A DNA stretch of 64,000 bases from Planctomycetota bacterium. Its GTDB lineage: Bacteria; Planctomycetota; B15-G4. Of this stretch, positions 55,979 through 64,000 are shown piece after piece; the stretch's first letter is position 1; every line of letters starts with the position of its first letter. The position numbers and the translations under genes were made by a program. The notes beneath the pieces are model-generated. The model made no database searches. It was given only the letters and a program-made list of their open reading frames with translations, and was not told the DNA's origin. The stretch lies in NCBI GenBank assembly GCA_965248575.1, contig CBDFJQ010000002.1, forward strand, positions 2,304,001 through 2,368,000, in the 5' to 3' direction.

Positions 55979-56977
55979 ATGACAACCCGCCTCGCCGTCC
56001 CCGCCCTCTTCCTCTGCCTGCTGGGGGTGCTGGTGGTGCGCACCGCCGACGCCGGCGAACTCGGCTTGGGCGCCCTGGTGAACAAGGCCCAAATCCGCGC
56101 GCTCAAGAAGCACGCGCCGCCCAAGGACCTCGGCAGCTGGCCGACCCAGTGGATCAACGGCGTGGACTGCCACACCGAACCGGCCCTGCAGGTGCACGCC
56201 TACAACGAAGACACCTACATCATCCGGCAGTCCAAGTGCGACACCTACGAAGCACCCTTCATGTACCTGCTGTTCGGCGAGGACAAGGCGCTGCTCATGG
56301 ACACCGGCGCCTACGGCCTCTCCCCCGTCAAGGCGCAGGTCGACGAGATCATCGCCAACTGGTTGGCCATGAAGGGCCAGGCCAGCATCGACCTGATCGT
56401 CGCCCACACGCACGGACACTTCGACCATGTGCAATCGGACAACCAGTTCAAGGACAACCCCTCGGTGAGCCAGTTCGTGGGCATCAACCTGGGCCAGGTC
56501 ACGGAGTTCTGGGACTTCAACGACTACCCAGCGGACCAGCCGACCTTCGACCTGGGCGGGCGCGTGGTCGACGTGCTGGGCACACCCGGCCACCACCCCG
56601 TGAGCGTCTCGCTCTACGACCGCAACACGCAGATCCTGTGGAGCGGCGACATCGTCTACCCAGGGCACCTCTTCGTGTTCAGCCAGGCGGAGTGGTTCGA
56701 CTTCAAGGACAGCCTCGAACGCATGGTGAGCTTCGCCGCCGAGCATCCGGTGAGCTGGGTCGTGGGCTGCCACGTGGAGACGAGCAACACGCCCTTTGCT
56801 CCTTACGCCTACACAACACTGGTGCAGCCGGATGAACACCCGCTGCAGTTCAAGCCGGACATCCTGGTGGACGTGCTCGAGGCCGCCCAGGGAATGGGCG
56901 ATGAACCCTCGTGCACCATCTTCGATCGCTTCGTGATCCACCCCGTCTATCTGTGCGGCATCACCTGGAACGGATAG
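55979..56977 (+). CDS. Secreted metallo-beta-lactamase-fold hydrolase
   Basis: LMDTG, HTHGHFDH, TPGH, SGDIVYPG, GCHVE. Confidence 0.9.
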   Translation: MTTRLAVPALFLCLLGVLVVRTADAGELGLGALVNKAQIRALKKHAPPKDLGSWPTQWINGVDCHTEPALQVHAYNEDTYIIRQSKCDTYEAPFMYLLFGEDKALLMDTGAYGLSPVKAQVDEIIANWLAMKGQASIDLIVAHTHGHFDHVQSDNQFKDNPSVSQFVGINLGQVTEFWDFNDYPADQPTFDLGGRVVDVLGTPGHHPVSVSLYDRNTQILWSGDIVYPGHLFVFSQAEWFDFKDSLERMVSFAAEHPVSWVVGCHVETSNTPFAPYAYTTLVQPDEHPLQFKPDILVDVLEAAQGMGDEPSCTIFDRFVIHPVYLCGITWNG

Positions 56978-56996
56978 GGCAAGCCAAGCCTTGATC

Positions 56997-58097
56997 ATGT
57001 CTGCCTTCGGGCCTCTGCTTCTGCTGGCCCTGTTGTGGCACCCGGACTCGCTCAGCGAAACGCTGATCGAGGTGCGCCAGCAGGAAGCGCGACTCAGCAT
57101 GCGCTTGCAAGTGCTCTCGCTGCTCGAGGTCATCGACGGCCTCGACGCAGACGCGGACGGCGAGGTCACGACGTCCGAGGTGACCGCCAAGCAGGCGGAG
57201 ATCATGGCCTACGTCCACGAGCATTACGGCGTGTGGACGGGCACGGACCGGGACCTGGAAGGCGGGTTACCGCTCGCTCCCCTGCCCATGCGGCTCTGGC
57301 ACACACCCCGCCGCGAGGGCGATGGCTACCGCAAGGGCTCGGTGGGGCTCGAGATCCTCTTCAAGCACGACCAGCCCATTCGCGACCTCATGGTGGAGAG
57401 CAGCCTGTTCCTCACCACCAGCCCCGCGCACATCGACCTGGTGACGCTGCAGTGGGGCGAGCAGCTGGGCAGCACCTTCTCTCTCAGCGGAGCCGAGCCC
57501 CGCGCCCGCTTCGACCCTTCGGGACGGGGTGCGTTCGGCGCCTTCCTGGGCCTCGGCTTTGGTCACATCCTCGGGGGCTGGGATCACCTGGCCTTCGTCG
57601 CGGCGCTCGTACTCGCGTCGCGGCGTCTGCGCTCGCTGCTCGGTGTGGTCACCGCCTTCACGGTGGCTCACTCCATCACCCTGGCGCTCGCAGCGCTCAA
57701 GGTCGTGAACCTGTACGCCTACGCCGGCTTCATCGAAGCGCTGATCGCCCTCTCCATCGCCTATGTCGCGGCGGATGCCTGTCTCCACCCCCGCAACAAG
57801 AGAGTGCGCTGGTTGGAGGCTGGCGGCTTTGGCCTCGTCCACGGCCTGGGCTTCGCAGGCTTCCTCGGGCAGTCGCTGGTGCGGGAGCAAGCGCGCGGCA
57901 CGGCGCTGTTCGCCTTCAATGTCGGAGTCGAACTGGGACAGGTGCTCGTGGTGCTGGGCCTGGTCGCCGTCCTGGCCCTGATCCCGCGACGCGCGGAGCC
58001 GGAGGAGGAGCGCTTCCTGGCACCCTTGATGCTCCGCCGCGTGGGCTCAGCGGCCATCGCCGTGCTGGGCCTGTTCTGGTTCGTGCAGCGGCTCTAG
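56997..58097 (+). CDS. HupE/UreJ family membrane protein with N-terminal extracytoplasmic domain
   Basis: HILGGWDHLAF, TAFTVAHSITL, FGLVHGLGFA, FNVGVELGQ; EF-hand-like DADADGEVTTSE. Confidence 0.9.
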   Translation: MSAFGPLLLLALLWHPDSLSETLIEVRQQEARLSMRLQVLSLLEVIDGLDADADGEVTTSEVTAKQAEIMAYVHEHYGVWTGTDRDLEGGLPLAPLPMRLWHTPRREGDGYRKGSVGLEILFKHDQPIRDLMVESSLFLTTSPAHIDLVTLQWGEQLGSTFSLSGAEPRARFDPSGRGAFGAFLGLGFGHILGGWDHLAFVAALVLASRRLRSLLGVVTAFTVAHSITLALAALKVVNLYAYAGFIEALIALSIAYVAADACLHPRNKRVRWLEAGGFGLVHGLGFAGFLGQSLVREQARGTALFAFNVGVELGQVLVVLGLVAVLALIPRRAEPEEERFLAPLMLRRVGSAAIAVLGLFWFVQRL

Positions 58098-59809
58098 TCG
58101 GGCGCGTCGCGGGTGTAGACGACCTCGCCCCCGATGATGGTGGAGAGAACCTGCGTGTCCAGGATCTGCTCTTCGGGACAGGTGAGGATGTTCTGCGAGA
58201 GGACCGTGATGTCGGCCAACTTGCCGGGCGTGAGGCTTCCCTTGAGATGCTCCTCGAAGGCTGCGTAGGCATTGGCCAGGGTGTAAGAGTGCAAGGCTTC
58301 CAAGCGGGACATGCGCTGCGCTGGGTAGAAGCGCGAGCCGTCAACCAGGGTGCGCGACACGCTGGAATGGAAACTCGCGATGGGGTTGATGTCCTCCACC
58401 GGCACATCCGTCCCGTTGGTCACGACGGCCCCGCTGTCTAGCAGTTCACGCCAGACATAGGCCCCCTGCTCCGCCCGCTGCGCACCGAGCCGAGGTTCGA
58501 TCCACGGGCCATCCGACGTGCAGTGCACGCCTTGCATGGAGGCGATGGCCCCCACCTCGACGAAACGCGGGATGTCCGCCAGGGACAGGTGCTGTGCGTG
58601 TTCCACGCGCCAGCGCAGCTCGCCCCCTCGACCGGCCCCAGGTGCGCCCTCCTGCTGCGCGAAGCTCCGCTCGAAGAGGTCCAGGGTCTCACGATTGGCC
58701 CGGTCGCCGATGGCATGGACGCACAGTTGCAGATCGTGCGCCAACGCGAGCTGCGCAGACTCCTCGATGGTGGGCACCGGTGTCGTGGCCAGGCCCGAAC
58801 TCGACGGCAAGTCCGCGTAGGGCTCCAGCAACCAAGCACCGTGCGAGCCGAGCGCTCCATCGATGGAGTGTTTGATGGCGCGCACCGTCAGGTGTTCATC
58901 GGCATGCCCCACCACGCGCACGCCGGGCAGTCGTTCGCGGAGTCGCTCATTGCTGTCCCGAATCATCACCCACAAGCGAACCTTGAGCGCGCCCTCGTCT
59001 ACCAGTTCCCTCAAGGCGTCCACCACCTCGAGTGAGGAACCCGCATCCTGGAAACTCGTGATGCCATTGGAAACCGCCTCGCGATCCGCAAGCACGGCGA
59101 GCCGAGCCATGTCGGGCTCCGGTGCGTCCTTCGCAGCCTTCCAGAGCAAGCGCTGGGCCGTCTCGCGGAACATGCCGATCGCGTGCCCCTCCCGGCCGCG
59201 CACGATCTCGCCGCCGTCAGGGTCCGCTGTGCTGCTGTTGATGCCCGCCAGCTCCATGGCCTTGGCATTGGCGAAGCTCGCATGCCCGCTGGCGTGCGTC
59301 AGGACCACGGGGTTGTCCGGCGACAGCGCACTCAGGGCGTTGTGGACCGGAAGCCCTTGCACCTGAGGTTGCGGCACATCGCTCCACTTCTCTTGGTGCC
59401 AGCCCCGTCCCCGGATCAACTCCCCGGGCTCGGCACGTGCCACGGCGCCTTCCACCATCGAGAGGATCTGTCCCCAGCTGGTGCTGCCAAGCAACTCCAA
59501 CTGTGTCTTTGTGTCGCCCATTCCCAGGAAGTGCCCGTGCCCTTCAATGAAACCGGGAATCGCGAAGGCTCCTTTCAAGTCGACGACTTCGGTGCCATCG
59601 CGCCGGTGCTTGGCCAGCTCCTCGGCCGTGCCCAGGGCCAGGATGCGACCGTCCCGAACAGCCACGGCCTCGGCCTGCGGCGTCTCGTTGTCCAGGGTGA
59701 AGAAAGCCCCGTTGACGAAGATCACGTCGGCGGCGGGCGCAGAGGGCACCTCCAGCGCAGCGCAGGAAAGACACACAACAACCCAAGACAGCACGAACGG
59801 AAACCTCAA
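58094..59809 (-). CDS. Amidohydrolase (YtcJ/Amidohydro_3-like), probable lipoprotein
   Basis: PGFIEGHGH, DGALGSHGA, HAIGDRA, RVEHAQ, GTDVPV, GKLAD; lipobox-like CLSC; TTG start after GAGG. Confidence 0.92.
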   Translation of the reverse strand: MRFPFVLSWVVVCLSCAALEVPSAPAADVIFVNGAFFTLDNETPQAEAVAVRDGRILALGTAEELAKHRRDGTEVVDLKGAFAIPGFIEGHGHFLGMGDTKTQLELLGSTSWGQILSMVEGAVARAEPGELIRGRGWHQEKWSDVPQPQVQGLPVHNALSALSPDNPVVLTHASGHASFANAKAMELAGINSSTADPDGGEIVRGREGHAIGMFRETAQRLLWKAAKDAPEPDMARLAVLADREAVSNGITSFQDAGSSLEVVDALRELVDEGALKVRLWVMIRDSNERLRERLPGVRVVGHADEHLTVRAIKHSIDGALGSHGAWLLEPYADLPSSSGLATTPVPTIEESAQLALAHDLQLCVHAIGDRANRETLDLFERSFAQQEGAPGAGRGGELRWRVEHAQHLSLADIPRFVEVGAIASMQGVHCTSDGPWIEPRLGAQRAEQGAYVWRELLDSGAVVTNGTDVPVEDINPIASFHSSVSRTLVDGSRFYPAQRMSRLEALHSYTLANAYAAFEEHLKGSLTPGKLADITVLSQNILTCPEEQILDTQVLSTIIGGEVVYTRDAPD

Positions 59810-60009
59810 GACGGACCTCTCGGTAGGGATTCAAAGAAACGGCCGAAGCCGACCCATTGGGCGGCATCGCACGGAGTCTAGCAACGAGCGCTCCCACGAC
59901 CGTTGATGCTACGCTCACCCTCCGGGGATCGAGAGCGGCTTCGCCTGGGCGAAGCACGAACATCGGGAGTTCCGTCCCCTGAAAAGTCCTTCTTCAGGAG
60001 TCCCAGAGA

Positions 60010-63000
60010 ATGGCGACGTCCCCTGCCACGCGTCGGTTGATCAGCAGCCTGTTCACCCTCGCCCTGCTGCTCGCAGTCAGCGCGACCTCCCCTGTCCGGG
60101 CCCAAGCCTTCGACGCGGGCCTCCTGCCCAAGGACATCTTCCTGGGTGCCATCGACAACGCCGGCGATGTGGACGTGCTCGTCTTCGAGGCCCTGCGGGA
60201 CACCAAGCTGACCCTCTCGCTCGCCGCCCAGAAGCCGGGCACGCTGCGCGCGGGGCTGCGCCTGATCAATCTCGCTGACGACTCGGTGGTCGCCCAGGCC
60301 GCTGCGACCAAGGCCAAGCTGAAGCTGGTGGTGTTCGCGCCCGGGACGGGCGCCTACCGGATCGAGGTCTCCAGCTCCGACGGCACCACGGGCCCGTACA
60401 AGGTCGGCTACAAGGAGAAGCTCGCCAAGGACGTGAGCAAGGTGAAGATCGATGCGGACGTCGCTGGGGGCGACGACTTCGACGTGCTCTTCGATGCGCT
60501 GCAAGGCTTCCAACTCAGCGGCAAGTTGCAGCGCTTCCCGAAGAAGTCCCCCGCCACGCCCGGTGAGCCGAGCCTCCTGCGGCCCCAGGGCGGCGGCCCC
60601 TTCGTCCTCGACGCGACAACGCTCAAGACCAACAAGAAGGGTGACCGCTACACGATCAAGAAGGCAGGCCTGGACGCCAGCGGCAGCTGGACCCTGCGCT
60701 CCGAGAACGTCGGCACCCAGGGCGGCCTGCGGGCAGCGCTGCGCGTCAAGCGCCTCAAGCAGAAGAAGCGCGTCATCGAGGAGACCGCCAGCCCCACCAC
60801 CCTGCTCGCCCCGCTGCTCGATGCCTTGCCCGGCATGACCGCCGCGAGTTCCCTGTCGGTCAGCGGCAGCGACGTGATGCCCTTCGGCAAGGTCCAGGTG
60901 CAAGGCGGCAGCATGCCGGTGCAGGTCACCGCCAACGCGGACGGCGAATTCAACGCCTCCGTACCCCTCAAGCTGAATGCCGTGCAGGTGCTCTTCGTGA
61001 GCCAGCTGCTCGACGATGAGCAAGGCCTGACCGCAACCCATGAAGTGGTGCAGGACAGCACCGCACCCACGGTCATCATCGACTTCCCCCTGAGTGGTGC
61101 CGTGCTCGGCAGCAGCACCACCAACGTCTCGGGCCGCGTGGGTGACCTGCTCAGCGGCTTCAGCGGATTGGTCGTGACGGTCAACGGCGTCAGCGCCAAC
61201 GTCAATGTCGGAGTCGGCACCAACGGCAGCTTCGACCTGGCTGGCGTCGCCTTGAATGCCAGCGGGAGCACCTTGCTCGAAGCCATGGCCACTGACGCGT
61301 TGGGCAACACCGGCACCACGTCCATCCAGGTGTCCTTCAAGGCCGCAGCCGGCGCCAAGTTGGCCCTGACGGGGGGCGACAACCAGATGGCTTCGGTGCA
61401 GAGCGTGCTCGGGACGCCGCTCCAGGTCAGCCTGACCAATGCATCCGCCGCCCCGCTCGTGGGTCGCCCCGTCAGCTTCCGGGTGATCAAGAGCGACGGC
61501 CTGCTCTCGGTGGGCACCGACAGCGAGAGCCAGCTGATGACCATGCTCACCGATGCGCAGGGCCTGGCCACCGTGGACTGGCAGCTGGGTAGCGATGCCG
61601 GCATGGGCAACAACCGCGTCGAGGTCACGGCCTCGGGTGTTCCCGGCGCCCTTTACTTCAACGCCTCCGCACTCGGGGCCACGGCGGACCAGATCGCGGT
61701 GGGCACGGGCAACGACCAGAGCGCCCAGGCGGGCGCGGCCCTCCCCCAAGCCCTCAGCGTCTGGGTCAGCGACGGGCTGAATGCCGCGCCCGGCGTGTCC
61801 GTCACCTTCGATGTGACCGAGGGCGGCGGCGGTCTGCAAGCCCTCGGCAGCAACGCAACGCCCGTTGCCCAACTCGTTGCCACCACTGACCTCACGGGCC
61901 ACGCCGCCGTGCGCTGGGTGCTCGGTGGCCTGCCGGGTTCCAACGCCGTGACCGCGAACTTCGCCGGCAACCCGGCGTCCGCCGTTCAGTTCCGAGCGGA
62001 GGGCCTCGGGCAACAGTTCACCAAGACGCGCTTCACGGGCCTGGTGCTCGACAACTCGCAACGCCCCCTGGGCGGGGCGCTCTGCGAGCTGCACTACAGC
62101 GACGACAGCGTGGTCAGCACCAACACCGGATCCGACGGACGCTTCGAGTTCACCGACCTGCCTCAGGGCGGCCAGGCGCAGCTCGCCGTGCACGGGGACG
62201 TGGCCACGACCTTGGCTGGCGACCCCATCAATGGAGCCACACTCACCTTCCCCGAACTGCACTACGAGACCTTCCTGGTGGAGGGGGCGGCCAACAGCCT
62301 GCCGCGCCCGGTCTTGTTGCCACCCCTGGACCCCACCGCCATCCAGATGTTCGACGGAACCGAGGACATCGAGCTCAGCTTGGCGGAGATGGAAGGTCTG
62401 CGCTTCCTGCTCGATGCCACCAGCGAGGTGCGTCACGCCGACGGAACGCTCGTGAGCCCATCCAACCCCATCGGACTCAGCCTCAGCCCTGTGCATGTGA
62501 GCGACATCCCCATGCCCTTCGCCGATGGCGCCGCGCCACCCTTCGCATGGACCCTGCAGCCCGGCGGCACCACCTTCGACCCGCCTTTGCGTCTTGAGGC
62601 TCCCAACATCCCGGGCCTGCCCGCTGGCGCCGTGGCGTACTTCATCTCCTTCAACCACGACACCATGCGCTTCGAGATCGTCAGCAACGCGACGGTCTCG
62701 GCAGACGCCACCAGCATCACCTCGGACCCCGGCCAGGGCATCGCCACTGCGGGTTGGGGCGGCTTCTGCCCGCCCTATCCGAACCAGGGGGATCTCTGCC
62801 CGAGCGACGACATCGACTGCCTGCTTCCGCCAGAACTCCAGCTCATCACGGACGACGCTGACGACGAGGAAGAAGACCTGGTGGACCCCACGACCGGGAG
62901 CGCCGTCTCCACGGCCCAGGGCACCCAGAGCGCACCGGGCTCCTCGGCCTTCGACTTCATCGAGGCCTTCGCCGTTGACGGAACCATCTCGTGCCAGGGC

Positions 63001-64000
63001 AGCACCCAGCAATGCGCCATCGACCTCCAGGCAGAGCTCGCCGCGGGCTTCTCGGCCACGGCCTTCGACTCCTGGAGCCTGATGCCCGAGGCCACCACCT
63101 ACAAGATGCTGATGACCACGCTGCACGGCAGCTTCACCGAGCTGCGCGGTCTGCAGGCCAGTGCCCACGCCCTGAACATCGGCATCAGCTGGCCCATCGC
63201 CTTGGCGGACACGGCCTTGACGGATTTCCTGAATGCCATCAACGCCTTCGACCCCGCCGCCCTCGAGAGCGCTCGGCAGCAGGTGCAGGACGACCACGAC
63301 GCGCTGGTGCTGCTGCTCGCCCAGCTCGCCAGCGGTAACGAAGGTGCCAGCCTGCAGGATCTGCAGGACCTGTTCACCCTGACCCAGGCAGATGCCACGG
63401 CCCTGCGCAGCCTGCTGGACGAATTCGACGAGCTTGCCCTACACGTCGACAAGCTGGACGACCTGCTGCTCCTGAACGGCGCCATGGTGCGCTCGGGCTT
63501 CGACGGCGGCTTCGCGAGTTCCATGGGCGGCTACCTCGTGCCCAACGTCACGGAAACACCGGCGCCTCGGCGCGTCGAGGTCATCCTGCAGGCAGGCGAC
63601 ATCACCCTCTACGGTCGCTCGGCCTTCGTCGCAGTGATCGCACAGCAGGGGGTCAACAGTGGCCCCATCACCCTCAGCTCCACGCCCCTGGTGGAGCTCG
63701 TCTCGATGCAGGCCGAGCTCATGGGCGGCGTGAACATCATCGACATGCTTGAGACGCCCGTGGCCGTCAGCACCATGGCCGACTTCAGTGACGGCAGCAG
63801 CTCATCGCTGGTGGGCTTCAATGATGGGCTGGGATACTCCAGCAGCAACAGCATCGTCCTGAGTGTCGACGCCAACGGCATGGCCACCGCCCATCAGGCG
63901 GGCCTCGCCCTGCTGTCCGTGACCCGGGAGGGTTCCGTCACCTCCTTCATCGTCGCCGTCACCCCGGGCATCCCCACCACCACCGTCAGCGGCATGGTGG
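60010..64000 (+). CDS. Giant secreted Ig-like repeat surface protein, 5' part only (runs off the window end)
   Basis: Not in the ORF track, consistent with no stop before the window end. AGGAG RBS; MATSPATRRLISSLFTLALLLAVSATSPVRA signal; Ig-like units (GDNQ, GNDQ, T...G.A...W.LG); TLQPGGTTFDPP...SFNHD...SDPGQGI..AGW module; same frame reads TPGIPTTTVSGMV at the end. Confidence 0.9.
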   Translation, partial: MATSPATRRLISSLFTLALLLAVSATSPVRAQAFDAGLLPKDIFLGAIDNAGDVDVLVFEALRDTKLTLSLAAQKPGTLRAGLRLINLADDSVVAQAAATKAKLKLVVFAPGTGAYRIEVSSSDGTTGPYKVGYKEKLAKDVSKVKIDADVAGGDDFDVLFDALQGFQLSGKLQRFPKKSPATPGEPSLLRPQGGGPFVLDATTLKTNKKGDRYTIKKAGLDASGSWTLRSENVGTQGGLRAALRVKRLKQKKRVIEETASPTTLLAPLLDALPGMTAASSLSVSGSDVMPFGKVQVQGGSMPVQVTANADGEFNASVPLKLNAVQVLFVSQLLDDEQGLTATHEVVQDSTAPTVIIDFPLSGAVLGSSTTNVSGRVGDLLSGFSGLVVTVNGVSANVNVGVGTNGSFDLAGVALNASGSTLLEAMATDALGNTGTTSIQVSFKAAAGAKLALTGGDNQMASVQSVLGTPLQVSLTNASAAPLVGRPVSFRVIKSDGLLSVGTDSESQLMTMLTDAQGLATVDWQLGSDAGMGNNRVEVTASGVPGALYFNASALGATADQIAVGTGNDQSAQAGAALPQALSVWVSDGLNAAPGVSVTFDVTEGGGGLQALGSNATPVAQLVATTDLTGHAAVRWVLGGLPGSNAVTANFAGNPASAVQFRAEGLGQQFTKTRFTGLVLDNSQRPLGGALCELHYSDDSVVSTNTGSDGRFEFTDLPQGGQAQLAVHGDVATTLAGDPINGATLTFPELHYETFLVEGAANSLPRPVLLPPLDPTAIQMFDGTEDIELSLAEMEGLRFLLDATSEVRHADGTLVSPSNPIGLSLSPVHVSDIPMPFADGAAPPFAWTLQPGGTTFDPPLRLEAPNIPGLPAGAVAYFISFNHDTMRFEIVSNATVSADATSITSDPGQGIATAGWGGFCPPYPNQGDLCPSDDIDCLLPPELQLITDDADDEEEDLVDPTTGSAVSTAQGTQSAPGSSAFDFIEAFAVDGTISCQGSTQQCAIDLQAELAAGFSATAFDSWSLMPEATTYKMLMTTLHGSFTELRGLQASAHALNIGISWPIALADTALTDFLNAINAFDPAALESARQQVQDDHDALVLLLAQLASGNEGASLQDLQDLFTLTQADATALRSLLDEFDELALHVDKLDDLLLLNGAMVRSGFDGGFASSMGGYLVPNVTETPAPRRVEVILQAGDITLYGRSAFVAVIAQQGVNSGPITLSSTPLVELVSMQAELMGGVNIIDMLETPVAVSTMADFSDGSSSSLVGFNDGLGYSSSNSIVLSVDANGMATAHQAGLALLSVTREGSVTSFIVAVTPGIPTTTVSGMV

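Noticed and set aside
55259..57205. 648-aa minus-strand ORF
   Set aside because: Shadow spanning three well-supported plus-strand genes.
59878..63297. 1139-aa minus-strand ORF
   Set aside because: Antisense shadow of the plus-strand giant gene starting at 60010, which has an RBS, a signal peptide and recognisable domains.

Overview
High-GC bacterial chromosomal window, densely coding, with about 45 genes. Gene content suggests Planctomycetota (inference only): two Ser/Thr kinase and ECF-sigma sets, carboxypeptidase-regulatory-like repeat proteins, FG-GAP, Gly-rich and giant Ig-like secreted proteins. I found no rRNA, tRNA, CRISPR array, transposase or integrase. In order, the window holds: a Ca2+ handling divergon (partial P-type ATPase | tandem USP, CaCA antiporter); an AAA+/VWA pair; a divergent cytochrome cluster (small heme-motif-less cytochrome-like protein plus monoheme lipoprotein | cytochrome P460-fused six-CxxCH protein); an AraC/VOC divergon; a ferrochelatase fused to a membrane domain; exported hydrolases; a five-gene sulfur-relay operon (exported rhodanese, two short YeeE/YedE proteins, membrane rhodanese-like protein, Moco-sulfurase-like PLP enzyme); a kinase-ECF pair; a Rieske oxygenase; a GH36-like enzyme; Ada/AlkA-Ogt; a kinase/FG-GAP/ECF/Gly-rich block; an MBL hydrolase; HupE/UreJ; an amidohydrolase; and the 5' part of a giant secreted protein missing from the ORF track. 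Best candidates for undescribed biology: (1) a conserved ~120-aa C-terminal domain on at least three unrelated secreted proteins, a possible lineage-specific sorting domain; (2) the P460-multiheme cluster; (3) the rhodanese-YeeE-Moco-sulfurase operon. All family calls come from motif recognition by eye; no database searches were run.
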